NCBI GenBank assembly: GCA_963801935.1 | Contig: CAWDHA010000009.1 | Location: 4,609-68,608, forward strand | Source of the DNA: an uncultured delta proteobacterium | Lineage (GTDB): Bacteria > Desulfobacterota > Binatia > UBA9968 | Reading direction: 5' to 3' | DNA: 64,000 bases | Part shown: positions 51,754 through 62,628 of the stretch, piece after piece | Layout: every line of letters starts with the position of its first letter | Position numbering within the stretch: position 1 is the stretch's first letter | The notes under the pieces: model-generated | What the model was told of the DNA's origin: nothing | Database searches by the model: none | What the model saw: only the letters and a program-made list of their open reading frames with translations | Program-made: the position numbers and the translations under genes

Positions 51754-52090
51754 CTATCCATCCTCCTTGAAAAGATTCTTGTCGCCCAGCTATAGCGAAA
51801 AACAGCGGTCAAATCCAGGGTTATTTTCGATTTGAGCGCTGCTGAAATTGCCCTGCCAAGCCCAGCAGAGAGCAACGCAGACTCGCTCGAAAGCCCGCCC
51901 AAAGTTCGACAAGCTCGAGCGCGAAGCAACCCGATTTCAAATTGTTCGCCTCCGAGCGACCAATCTATTCATGAGAGCGCGGCCGAAGATTGACTATCTA
52001 TATGTCGGCACTGACAACAGCAGAGTGCAGACCGGCCGGTATCTGTTCGCCGCGGTCATCGGCCGTACCCGCTACCTGAGTAAATTCGCT

Positions 52091-52444
52091 CTAATTAGGG
52101 GTGGAACTGGATGAGCTTGATGTGGGAGACGACGGTTTATCGCTGCTGCTCGAAGCACTTTCACTCTTCTTGCTGTCGCTTTTGGCATCCGGTTTTGATT
52201 CCGATTTGCTTTCAGATTTCGCTTCAGCTTTCGCGCCGTTGTCCTTCTTGGATTCGCCGTTCTGGCCCTTGCGCGCGTAATCGGTGACGTACCAGCCGGT
52301 GCCTTTGAGCTGGAACGAAGTGTTGGAGATGAGCTTTTTCACTTTGCCTTTGCACGTCGGACATTTGCCTAATGGGTTTTCGGTGATCCGCTGGGAGACT
52401 TCGAAAGTGCCGCATTTTTGGCATTGGTACTCATAGATCGGCAT
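52091..52444 (-). CDS. FmdB-family zinc-ribbon protein with Ser/Lys-rich tail
   Basis: [16 protein letters not shown]...CPTCKG (CxxC...CxxC), followed by a low-complexity KSESK/SSSS C-terminus. Confidence 0.8.
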   Translation of the reverse strand: MPIYEYQCQKCGTFEVSQRITENPLGKCPTCKGKVKKLISNTSFQLKGTGWYVTDYARKGQNGESKKDNGAKAEAKSESKSESKPDAKSDSKKSESASSSSDKPSSPTSSSSSSTPN

Positions 52445-52516
52445 TTGAGAATCCTCGGCTTCGTGGATGTGAGTGAACTAATCACTGAAACATAGCTTGT
52501 CAATTGAACCAACCGC

Positions 52517-52882
52517 TCAGGTGTTGGCTTCGCGTTTTGGCCGGTCGCGGCCGTCGGCGAGAATGTGCGGCCCGCCGAAAGGCTCGGAGCGGTTGCCCAA
52601 CAGCACCAGCGGCTCGCTCCCGGTATTGGTCAGTTGATAATAATCTTTGGCGCCAAGAAAAAGAATTTCATTCCGCTTGATCGGTCGCTCTTCGCCGTTT
52701 AAGCCTTTCACAATGCCGGCGCCGGCGAGCACAAGAAAGCTCTCCGGGTTGGCGTGATAATGCATATCGGTGCCATCGCCGGGCGCGAAGTTCAGCATCC
52801 AGCAACGGAAGTTGTCAGTGCCGAAAAGATCGATTTTGCGTTTTTTGCTGGCTATCATGTCGTCGAGATTGGCAAACTCCAT
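52517..52882 (-). CDS. Cupin-domain protein
   Basis: ATG 52882 follows GGGAGGA. Cupin motif GDGTDMHYHANPESFLVLAG... Confidence 0.7.
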   Translation of the reverse strand: MEFANLDDMIASKKRKIDLFGTDNFRCWMLNFAPGDGTDMHYHANPESFLVLAGAGIVKGLNGEERPIKRNEILFLGAKDYYQLTNTGSEPLVLLGNRSEPFGGPHILADGRDRPKREANT

Positions 52883-53081
52883 AATTCCTCCCTGGTGAAG
52901 CTGATAGTAGCCTAGTCGCGCACCTGTGGGCAAGGGCCGGCAGCGACGCTCAGTACTCAATTATCAGCTTTCAGAGTTCGGCAGCCGATGGCTGCTTCGG
53001 TCGTCTTCAGACTCGTCCTTGACAGCTCACAGGCCGTGCACTATGTGGTGAAAGTGCTGCCTAACCGACGGAGGTCATGCA

Positions 53082-53825
53082 ATGATCAAGCTGGATGAGA
53101 GCCGAGCCCAGGAGTTTGTTGCCGAACTGGCGGCCCAGTGCGACAAACGCTGGCAAGAGACTGTCGCGCAAACCCGGTTCATGAACGAACTATGCGAAGG
53201 CAAGCTCAAAAAGGAGACCATTCAACTCTTTTACAAGAACTGGGGTTCCTTTGTACCGGTAATCAATTCGGTCTACACTACGGCGTTTTATAAGCATCTT
53301 TGGTTTTTCGTGAAAAACGTCGATTTGATGGAAGTCTACACGCAGAAAGTGTTGGATGAGTTCGGCCATCCGACGCCGCCCGGGCATATACAGATATTGA
53401 TCGGCACCGGCGAAGCTTTGGGATTGACCAGAGAAGAAGTGTTGCTCTCGCCGATGTTGCCGGAGTGCCGCGCATTGCCGGATTTTCATCGCACCTTGAT
53501 AAACGACGGCCAGATTCAGGAATATTGGTTTTCGGTTCTATGGGAGCGCCCCTTCGGCAACTCATGTTTGGATTTTTTCAAAGCTTTGACGATGCATTAT
53601 GGGCTGAGCACCGCCGAGGCCAGTTACTTTTCCAAGCACCACGAAGCCGATACCATGGACCATTTAGACCGTAAGGCACACGGCGCGGTCACTGAGAGCG
53701 TTCTGGTGCGGCTGCTTCAACAAGGGATCAACGAGCGGCCCGGCTATTCGCCGCAATACTGCGCGGTCACGCCTGCGGATTTGAACGCCATGTTTATGGA
53801 TGGTTGCTACAGCGCCACGCACTAG
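53082..53825 (+). CDS. Heme-oxygenase-like fold protein (TenA/PqqC-like family)
   Basis: 247 aa, all-helical pattern with HHEAD...H residues. The family call is tentative. Confidence 0.45.
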   Translation: MIKLDESRAQEFVAELAAQCDKRWQETVAQTRFMNELCEGKLKKETIQLFYKNWGSFVPVINSVYTTAFYKHLWFFVKNVDLMEVYTQKVLDEFGHPTPPGHIQILIGTGEALGLTREEVLLSPMLPECRALPDFHRTLINDGQIQEYWFSVLWERPFGNSCLDFFKALTMHYGLSTAEASYFSKHHEADTMDHLDRKAHGAVTESVLVRLLQQGINERPGYSPQYCAVTPADLNAMFMDGCYSATH

Positions 53826-53949
53826 CTATAGACTGCTGAAAAAGACTCAAATCGATTTCGCGTCAACGTACGATTTGCCAAGCGCAAAGCGTTCTAGCTC
53901 CTGACGCTATGCGCCTTGCTCTCTGCGCCATGCGCTTTCGCGCGCCTTG

Positions 53950-55114
<1,165 letters not shown>

Positions 55115-55233
55115 TACAGTTGCTCGCCTCTGAGATCTTTTTGGCAGTCTGCGAAGGGCCTCCGCGCCCAGATTCTTCGGCGGAGTTTAACCTGAGTATA
55201 CCGAAGGGCTTCATCAGAATGACATCCGTGTCT

Positions 55234-55258
55234 GAGATTCGAAATTTGAGATTCCGAG
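55234..55258. repeat. AT-rich leader repeat (AATTTGAGATTCCGAG), copy upstream of ubiD paralogue 2
   Basis: Shares AATTTGAGATT and ATTCCGAG with 4037-4058. Both lie 15-30 nt upstream of a start codon, followed by CGAGGA. Confidence 0.5.
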
Positions 55259-55273
55259 TGAAACGAGGAGCCG

Positions 55274-56696
55274 ATGCCCTTCAATGACTTGCGATCCTTC
55301 ATAGCCGGTGCCGAGCGCATCGGCGAGCTCAAAGTCATCGAGGGCGCCGATTGGGATCTCGAAATCGGCTGCATCACCGAGTTAATGGCGGAACAGGAAG
55401 GACCGCTGCTGCTATTCGATAGTATTCCCGGCTACCCGAAAGGTTTCCGCATCGCCGTTAACGTGCTCGCCACGGCACGGCGTTTCGCTCTGGCTCTCGG
55501 CCTGCCGACGGATGCGCCCAAGTTAGAGATTCTGAAAACCTGGCGCAGTAAGATTCGCGATCTAAAACCGTTCGCTCCCGTGGAAGTCGCCTCGGGACCG
55601 ATTACCGAGAATGTGCTCCAGGGCGAAAGCGTCGATCTCGATATTTTTCCGACGCCCAAATGGCATGAGCGTGACGGCGGTCGCTACATCGGCACCGGTG
55701 ACATGGTGGTCATCAAAGATCCCGAGAGCGAGTGGATCAACGTTGGCACCTATCGCTCGTGCATCGTCGCCAAGGACCGCGTGACGCTTTGGATCATCGA
55801 CCACAAACACGGTAAACAGCTCGCGCGCAAGTACTGGGAAGCGGGCCGAGCATGCCCGGTCGCGATTGTTCTCGGCTGCGAGCCGGCCACCTGGATGGCT
55901 GCGCCGTCCGCCGCCAAAGCCGGCATCAGTGAGTACGAGTATGCCGGAGCTTTGCGCGGTGCGCCGCTGGAGGTTGTACGCACCCCTGTGATGGGCCTGC
56001 CGGTTCCAGCGACTTCAGAGATCGTTATCGAAGGCGAGATGCCGCCGCCCGAACAGGAGTCGCACAAGGAAGGGCCTTTCGGCGAGTGGCCCGGCTACTA
56101 TACCCACAGCGGCGAGGAATGCGTCGTGCGCGTGCAACGCATCCTGCATCGCAATCATCCCATCCTGCTCGGCAATCCGCCGTTGTTGCCGATCACCGAA
56201 CGCTACGGCATTCCGCTCTACGCGGCGCGTATCTGGGATCACCTGGAGCAATCCGGCATCGCCGGCATTCGGCGGCGTCTGGTGCCACTGCCATACTTTG
56301 ATGGTGGTGATTTGCTTAAAGCAAGCTTACTCCGGCCATGCGATGCAGGCGCTCACCGCCGTCGCCGGCATGGTAACCGGCGCAAGCATGTACCGTTACT
56401 ATATCGCGGTCGATGACGACATCGATCCGGTTGAGTTAAAGCAAGTTATCTGGGCCATGTGCACGCGCGTGGACCCCGCCGAGTCGGTGCAGATCTTAAA
56501 GTCATGGACTTCTGATCTAGACCCGCGACTGCCGCCGGAGCGGCGCGACAAAGGCGATTTCACCATGAGCCGGATGTTGATCGACGCGTGCAAGCCTTTT
56601 CACTGGCGCGATCAGTTTGCGCTGGCGAACAAATTTAGCCCGGAGATGAGAGACAAAATTTGGGAAAAGTGGGCGCCTAAACTGCAACTCAAGTGA
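55274..56696 (+). CDS. UbiD-family decarboxylase, paralogue 2, frame broken (+1) near 56270-56273
   Basis: ...WDHLEQSGIAGIR in one frame, then GVWCHCHTLMVVICLKQAYSGHAMQAL...DDDIDPVELKQVIWAMCTRVDP in the +1 frame. Together they give a full-length UbiD layout. Confidence 0.8.
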
Positions 56697-56894
56697 GTTG
56701 TGGGTGTCTGCTCAGTGTCATTGAGACCACAAGCCTGGCCCCTGTCCGCTTTTCCCAACGATCGGTTAAGAAGTCCCAAATAAAAGCGATCAGATTTACG
56801 CACCGCGGAAACGTCGAGGGCAAAATCGGGTTGAATCCGCCGCGCTTTCCTTATACTAATCGAGCCACGTTGGTCGCACGAAGGAGGAGTCTTG

Positions 56895-57803
56895 ATGGAC
56901 AAGGTAAACTTTCCCTATCGCTCGGACAGCCACCTGCCGTTTCTGCACGTGGTCCACGATTCCGGCTCATGGGAGAAACATGGGTTAGACGTCAATTATG
57001 ACTACGAGATCACCTCCGAAGACGCGCACAAAAACGTCGCCAATGGCACGGTCGAGTTCGTCGGCGGCAATCATCTAACACCCTACATTCGCCGGCCCGC
57101 AGGCGACCAATGGGTCTATCTCGGGCAAACGGTGAGCCTGCTGAATCATCGCCTGGTGGTGCGCGCCGACTCGGGTATCAATAAGGTCTCCGACCTAAAA
57201 GGCAAAAGAGTCGCGACCAAGGGTAAGCATCCGGGACTCAATACCTGGCTGTTCATCAAACAGGCGGGGTTGCTCAACGACTGCGCCGTCGAAAAAGCCT
57301 CAGGCAAATTTCATTGGGAAGCGGTGCGCGACGGCGAATTTGATGCGGCATTCGTTACGCCGCCGGCGGATCTCTTATCCAAGAAAGCCGGGCTGAAAGT
57401 CATCGATGTCGCGTTTCTGCCGATGGTGTGGTTCACGACCGTTTCCAGCGGGCTGCCTTTCGTTGAAAAACACCCGGACATCATCGATCGTTTTCTGCGC
57501 GGCCTGTGCGAAGGAATCGCTTACTTCAAGACTCATCGCGCGGAGTCGATCAAGATTATTAAAGAGAAATACGACGCTGAAGGACAACTCGATGATGAGA
57601 TGGCCAGCCACCTCTACGACGACCTCGCCAAAATCCTGCAAGCCAAGCCTTATGCGACGATCCCGGCAATCGCCAACGTCTACGAGATTGCCATCGAGCA
57701 GGACAGAGCAGCGGAGAAAATCGACCCCATGGCGCTTTGGGATTTTCACTACCTGCGGCGCATCGACGACAGTGGTTTCATCGACAATCTTTACCGGACT
57801 TAG
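56895..57803 (+). CDS. NMT1/THI5-like (SsuA-type fold) protein without signal peptide
   Basis: ATG 56895 lies 7 nt after AAGGAGG. Binding-protein pattern ..VSDLKGKRVATKG... No N-terminal signal sequence. Confidence 0.55.
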   Translation: MDKVNFPYRSDSHLPFLHVVHDSGSWEKHGLDVNYDYEITSEDAHKNVANGTVEFVGGNHLTPYIRRPAGDQWVYLGQTVSLLNHRLVVRADSGINKVSDLKGKRVATKGKHPGLNTWLFIKQAGLLNDCAVEKASGKFHWEAVRDGEFDAAFVTPPADLLSKKAGLKVIDVAFLPMVWFTTVSSGLPFVEKHPDIIDRFLRGLCEGIAYFKTHRAESIKIIKEKYDAEGQLDDEMASHLYDDLAKILQAKPYATIPAIANVYEIAIEQDRAAEKIDPMALWDFHYLRRIDDSGFIDNLYRT

Positions 57804-57869
57804 CGGCTTCTCGGGTTTGGCTGTCTCGTATCTCAGGTTTTGCCGCATTTGAGCAGAATTCCGAGCCTC

Positions 57870-58931
57870 ATGCCGATGATATTGGATCGTAGACGACTTT
57901 CACAGATCGCCGGCCTCGCCCTGCTTGTTTGTCTCACGTTGATGTCCGCTGGTGATTTGGCCTCGGCACAAACCAGCTTTTATCAGGGCAAAACCTTGCA
58001 ACTGATTGTCGCCTTTGGCCCGGGCGGCGTGACCGACATCTCCGCGCGGCTCGTCGGCAGGTATCTGGGCAAGCATCTTGCGGGCAATCCCAATGTCGTC
58101 GTGCAAAACATGCCCGGCGCCGCCGGCATCTCTGCCGCAAATTATCTTTACAATGTTGCCAAACGCGACGGCCTCACCATCATGGCAATGGGCCGAGCCA
58201 ATTATCTGGAGCAAATGACCGCCAAGGCGGAGGTCCGTTTCGATTTTCGCAAGTTCAGCTGGGTCGGCAGTTTTAACAACGCGCCGATGATGCTGGCGTG
58301 CCGCACCGACAGGGGACTCGCGACGCCCGAAAAAATTCGCGCGTCAAAGACGCCGCCGCGAATCGGCCAGGGCGGTGCCGGCAGCATCAGCACGATTTTC
58401 AGTAGCCTGGTCGAGGAAGCGCTCAATCTCAAGTTTCAGAACGTGATGGGCTATCAGTCGGGCAGGGAGACCGACCTGGCGCTCGAGCGCGGCGAGGTTG
58501 ACTGCCGCGCCAGTTCGGATGTCACCAGCCTGCGCGCACCGTGGACCGAGTGGCTGGAAAAACGCTTTGTCACCTTCCTTGTGCAACAGGGACCAAACAA
58601 AAGCCGCATTCTGCCGGCGGAAGTCCCGACGGTTTACGAACTGGCGGCGGCCGAAAACAAAGCTGTCCTCAATTTGATGAGTGTGATGCTCGCGTTCACG
58701 GAATTCGATAGGCCGTTTGCGGCGCCGCCTAATCTCCCCGGAGCGCTCCTGAAAATTCTCCGCGACGGTTTCGAGAAAATGCTTGGCGATCCGGGATTCG
58801 CCGCAGAGGGCAAAAAGCTCGTCGATTGGGACGGCAGCTATCTCAGCGGCGAGCAGCTGCAGAAAAGGATCGACGCCACCGTGACTCAACCGCCGGCAGT
58901 CATTGAACGGATCAAAGAAATCTTGCGCTGA
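57870..58931 (+). CDS. Bug/TctC-family (tripartite tricarboxylate transporter) periplasmic binding protein
   Basis: Signal peptide, then the family pattern ...LIVAFGPGGVTDISARLVGRYLGKHL...NMPGAAGISAANY... Confidence 0.75.
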   Translation: MPMILDRRRLSQIAGLALLVCLTLMSAGDLASAQTSFYQGKTLQLIVAFGPGGVTDISARLVGRYLGKHLAGNPNVVVQNMPGAAGISAANYLYNVAKRDGLTIMAMGRANYLEQMTAKAEVRFDFRKFSWVGSFNNAPMMLACRTDRGLATPEKIRASKTPPRIGQGGAGSISTIFSSLVEEALNLKFQNVMGYQSGRETDLALERGEVDCRASSDVTSLRAPWTEWLEKRFVTFLVQQGPNKSRILPAEVPTVYELAAAENKAVLNLMSVMLAFTEFDRPFAAPPNLPGALLKILRDGFEKMLGDPGFAAEGKKLVDWDGSYLSGEQLQKRIDATVTQPPAVIERIKEILR

Positions 58932-59041
58932 GCCGGCGTGGGGGACCGCTCCAAGAAGAGTCTCATCTCTAGCAGCCCATGGTGCAAGTCTGAGTTCCAG
59001 TGTTAAACTCAAGACCGACCCTAGACTGAACAGAGATTTCG

Positions 59042-60028
59042 ATGATCGATGGATTCGCCGGCAGAGCCTGCACAGCCGTAATCACACTGTCGCTGGTGCT
59101 CCTGGTCGCGGGCGCGTTGTCCGCTCAAGAGAAATCAGCCGGCGAGAACGTGCGCATCGCCATCGCCACCCATTCGTTGGCCTTTCTGGTTCCGTTTGTC
59201 GCCAGAGATCGAGGATTTTACGCTAAACACGGCAGCGCCGTCGAGCTCATTCAGATGCGCCCGAACATCGCCATGGCGGCGTTGCTCGGCGGCGACATCC
59301 ATTATGCCGAGCTGATCGGCTCGGTCATCCGCGCCGCCGCCCGAGGACTTCCCGTGCGCGCGATATCGACGGGTATCAAAGCTCCGTTTTTTACCATCAT
59401 CGCGCAAACCAAATTTAAAAACATCAAAGACTTGAAAGGAGCGACGATCGGGTTGACGTCGATCGGCGGCACCAACCATGTCAGCACGCGCATAACTCTG
59501 CGCCATTATGGTCTGGACGCCGACAAGGATGTAAAATTCCTCGCCATTGGCGATGAAAAGCTCGTGTACGAAGCTTTCAAGTTTGGTCGGATCGATGCAG
59601 TCGCTCTCGCGCCGCCTTTTTCCTTACAGCTAAAACGTGAAGGTTACCCCACGCTGGCGAATACCGCGGATTACGTCGTGATACCTTTTTCGGGTCTCGG
59701 ATCGACCATCGAACGGATCAAGACCAACCGTCAACAGGTCAAGAGACTTCTGAAAGCTGAGATCGAAGCGTTGAGATTCATCCAAGCCAACGGCGCGGGC
59801 ACCACCGAAGTCATTCGTAAGCGTTTCAACATGGACGAAAAGCTCGCCCGCGAGTCATACGACGCGGTGGTTAACGCGTTCAGCCGCGACGGGCGCGTGC
59901 CGCTCGAGGGCGTGGACATCCTTCTGCAGATCGAGAAGGACGCCAAGCAAATTCCCGCGACGGTCACCCCACAAGTGGTCGTCGATCAAACTCTGGTGGA
60001 TGAAGCGTTGAAGGAAATGGGCAAGTAG
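59042..60028 (+). CDS. NMT1/SsuA-like periplasmic substrate-binding protein
   Basis: Signal peptide (..LVLLVAGALSAQE). Binding-protein pattern ..IKDLKGATIGLTSIGG.. Confidence 0.65.
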   Translation: MIDGFAGRACTAVITLSLVLLVAGALSAQEKSAGENVRIAIATHSLAFLVPFVARDRGFYAKHGSAVELIQMRPNIAMAALLGGDIHYAELIGSVIRAAARGLPVRAISTGIKAPFFTIIAQTKFKNIKDLKGATIGLTSIGGTNHVSTRITLRHYGLDADKDVKFLAIGDEKLVYEAFKFGRIDAVALAPPFSLQLKREGYPTLANTADYVVIPFSGLGSTIERIKTNRQQVKRLLKAEIEALRFIQANGAGTTEVIRKRFNMDEKLARESYDAVVNAFSRDGRVPLEGVDILLQIEKDAKQIPATVTPQVVVDQTLVDEALKEMGK

Positions 60029-60102
60029 CCGGATTATTCACGGGGATCACGTCCGAGGAGCAAGTCTCTCCGGTCGCCAATAGGGCACTACCTTGTGAAA
60101 GT

Positions 60103-60134
60103 GGTTCCAATCGTTCCAAAAGTTCGAATCGTTC
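60103..60134. repeat. GTTCCA/GTTCGA-periodic repeat, family B
   Basis: GGTTCCAATCGTTCCAAAAGTTCGAATCGTTCC resembles AGTTCCAATCGTCCAAAACGTTCAAATCGTTCA at 40809. Confidence 0.55.
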
Positions 60135-60136
60135 CG

Positions 60137-60185
60137 GCCCCCACCTTAATCCTCCCCCGCACTGCGGGGGAGGATTAAGGTGGGG
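60137..60185. repeat. Perfect 21-bp hairpin (REP-like) between convergent genes
   Basis: CCCCCACCTTAATCCTCCCCC (60137-60157), loop GCACTGC, then GGGGGAGGATTAAGGTGGGGG (60165-60185). No flanking U-tract, so it is not a classical intrinsic terminator. Confidence 0.8.
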
Positions 60186-60231
60186 GGAAGCGCACTGCTG
60201 CCAGCTGAGTGGAGTTGAGTGAGTTAGCCGA

Positions 60232-60837
60232 TCAATCCGGCGGCTTGAAGCTCAATAGTTCTTTCCAGGAGCGGTAGCGTTTGATGTTCGCATGCTCCAC
60301 GGCGTCCTGATTCCAGGGGCGGTCCAGCAGCGCCACAGTAAGATTCATGGTGGCGGCGAGAAATTTCGCCATCGGCAACGAATCTTCCACTGCCCAGCAA
60401 AATTTTTTCGTCGCCAGCTCCCCAAGAGTCAGCCCGGCGGTATTTTCAGTCTCGAACCGCCCGTACTTATCCACCACTGTGAAGCTGTGGTACGGAACTT
60501 GGAAGCGGGCGAGCCACTCGATGGAAGACGCATAGGTATCGGGCGGACGCCCGGTCACGATAGCGATTTGGTAGCCGGCGCTCACCCAGTGATTGAGCAC
60601 GTCGATCGCCTCGGCGATGGGCTCGATGGCGAGAATTTCGTCCGCGTAATGGATCTGCTGATAGAGCTTCGCCCGTTCAGCCGCGGTTAGACCGCAACTG
60701 GTTTCGAAATCGAAATCGGTCAGCCGCTCATAAGTGATCTGCTTGCCGAACTCGCGCTCGATCACCACCAAAAATCGCCGAGCGGTTTCACAGAGCACAT
60801 CGTCCATGTCCACGTAGATGTCTTTTGATGCTTGCAT
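60232..60837 (-). CDS. HAD-superfamily 5'(3')-deoxyribonucleotidase-like phosphatase
   Basis: HAD motif I YVDMDDVL. About 200 aa with an NT5C-like layout. Confidence 0.65.
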   Translation of the reverse strand: MQASKDIYVDMDDVLCETARRFLVVIEREFGKQITYERLTDFDFETSCGLTAAERAKLYQQIHYADEILAIEPIAEAIDVLNHWVSAGYQIAIVTGRPPDTYASSIEWLARFQVPYHSFTVVDKYGRFETENTAGLTLGELATKKFCWAVEDSLPMAKFLAATMNLTVALLDRPWNQDAVEHANIKRYRSWKELLSFKPPD

Positions 60838-60878
60838 GTTTTCTCAGCATGGGGAAGCGGCGAGACGAAAACCGCTCC

Positions 60879-62480
60879 TCACCCGCCGAGCTTGTTCACG
60901 CGCACGCGCTGCTCTGCGCGCTTCTCACCGGTGGCATAGTGTTCGCCCTTGACCGCCAGTTGCGCGTCTTGTTCGTCTTCATCCGACCACAAACCGAGAT
61001 TATAGCCGAACCACGGCTCCTGGGGCTTGAGCTGGGGCAGCTCCAGCCGCTCCCAAAGCTGCTTCGCTCGCTCCATATATTCTCTCTTCGGCAGCGAAAC
61101 CGGTGGATAGGCCCACTTGCGCGTGGCATCGATGAGCATGGCGGAAGAGCCGGCGATCTCATCCAACGAGTGACCCGCTTCTTGCCCCGGCGGAAACACC
61201 GACGGATCCATTTGCGGTGTGCGGTTGCGGATGATCAGCACGTCGCGATGCGGCTGCATGCGAAACGCCATGGCCCAGAAAAGCGCGTCGAGATTGCGCG
61301 GGTTGATGTCTTCATCGACGGCGATGACCATTTTGCCGGTGGCGGGATTGTAGCCGACCATGCTGTGCAGCGCCTGCCAGACGTGGGCCTGGTTGAGCTT
61401 TTTCATTTTGATCACGCAGATCTGGCGCACGGCGATGCTGTGGAACGCGACTTCGATGATGCCCGGAATGTTACATTGGTCGCGCAAAAATCTCAGATAG
61501 TTTCCTTCCGCGGCCACCTGGCGCATGACGCTCGACTCGCTCGGCGGCATCTGGCTGATGATCGTTGCTAGCATGGGGTTTTTGCGGTGCGTGATGCATT
61601 TGACTTCGAAATAGGGGTTCAGCAGTTTCTCCGCGATATAGCCCGTCGATTCGCCGAAGGGCGCTTCTGGCTCGAGGAACTCCGTGGAGATTTCTCCTTC
61701 GATGACAATCTCGGCGTGCGCCGGCACCAGCAGGTCGTGGGTTTTGCACTTGACGACTTCGATAGGCGCGCCCGCGAGCCCGCCGGCAACGTCGAGCTCG
61801 CTTACGCTGAACGGAATACGTGACGGAGCGGTATAGGCGACACACGGCGGCGCGCCGATGACCAGCGCGGCTTTGAGCGCCGTCCCTTTCTCCTGACATT
61901 TGCGCCAATGATAGCCGCCGTGATTGCTCGAGCTTAGAAACACGCCGGTGCGCGTCGGGCTTTTCACGTGACCGCGGTAGTTGCCGATGTTGATAATCCC
62001 GGTCTCGGGATCTTTCGTGAACCAGTGCGACGCCGTGGTAAACGGCGCGCAATCATATCCCGGCGTCGAGATGGGAATGGGAAACTCGCCCAACGCTCCA
62101 TGCTCCAGAAGCGAGGCGCCGATGTGGACTTCTTCGTGAACCGGCGCATGATCGACGAGCTGTGGCGGAATCGGATGGCTTTGCGCTTTGGCCCAACGAT
62201 CGACGATCTCTTCGGGTTGGCATTGCAGGCCGAAACCGTAGATCTGCCGGGACGCGGCCAGCGAGCCGACGATCACGGGGATGTCATACTTGCGTCCCTT
62301 GGCATCGACGACGTTGGTGAACATGAACGCGCGCCGCTCTTCCTCGGATAATCCGCGAAACTGCCAGCGCACCAACGGCATCAGCTCGGTGTCTTTATTG
62401 ATCTGCTCATCGATTTTCACCAGCAATCCGGCTGCATCCAAAGCAGCGATGTGTTCCCGAAGATCCTTAAAATAGCCCAT
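60879..62480 (-). CDS. UbiD-family decarboxylase, paralogue 3
   Basis: ATG 62480 follows AAGGAG (MGYFKDLREHIAALDAAGLL...). 533 aa, intact. The first 66 codons of the listed ORF read through an intergenic repeat. Confidence 0.8.
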   Translation of the reverse strand: MGYFKDLREHIAALDAAGLLVKIDEQINKDTELMPLVRWQFRGLSEEERRAFMFTNVVDAKGRKYDIPVIVGSLAASRQIYGFGLQCQPEEIVDRWAKAQSHPIPPQLVDHAPVHEEVHIGASLLEHGALGEFPIPISTPGYDCAPFTTASHWFTKDPETGIINIGNYRGHVKSPTRTGVFLSSSNHGGYHWRKCQEKGTALKAALVIGAPPCVAYTAPSRIPFSVSELDVAGGLAGAPIEVVKCKTHDLLVPAHAEIVIEGEISTEFLEPEAPFGESTGYIAEKLLNPYFEVKCITHRKNPMLATIISQMPPSESSVMRQVAAEGNYLRFLRDQCNIPGIIEVAFHSIAVRQICVIKMKKLNQAHVWQALHSMVGYNPATGKMVIAVDEDINPRNLDALFWAMAFRMQPHRDVLIIRNRTPQMDPSVFPPGQEAGHSLDEIAGSSAMLIDATRKWAYPPVSLPKREYMERAKQLWERLELPQLKPQEPWFGYNLGLWSDEDEQDAQLAVKGEHYATGEKRAEQRVRVNKLGG

Positions 62481-62528
62481 ACGCAAAACTCCTTGGCCGC
62501 ATCTTGAGTGATTCGTGATGCCGCTCGC

Positions 62529-62611
62529 GTAGCCCGGATTCAGCGGAGCGGAATCGGGGGTCCCGTTGCGGCCATGGGATCCGGGATTGCGTTTCACTCC
62601 ATCCGGGCTAC
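62529..62611. repeat. REP-like palindromic element (GTAGCCCGGAT...ATCCGGGCTAC)
   Basis: 11-nt perfect terminal inverted repeat (62529-62539/62601-62611) with partially complementary interior arms, in the ggt-ubiD spacer. Confidence 0.7.
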
Positions 62612-62628
62612 AACTACAACCGAGTTTA

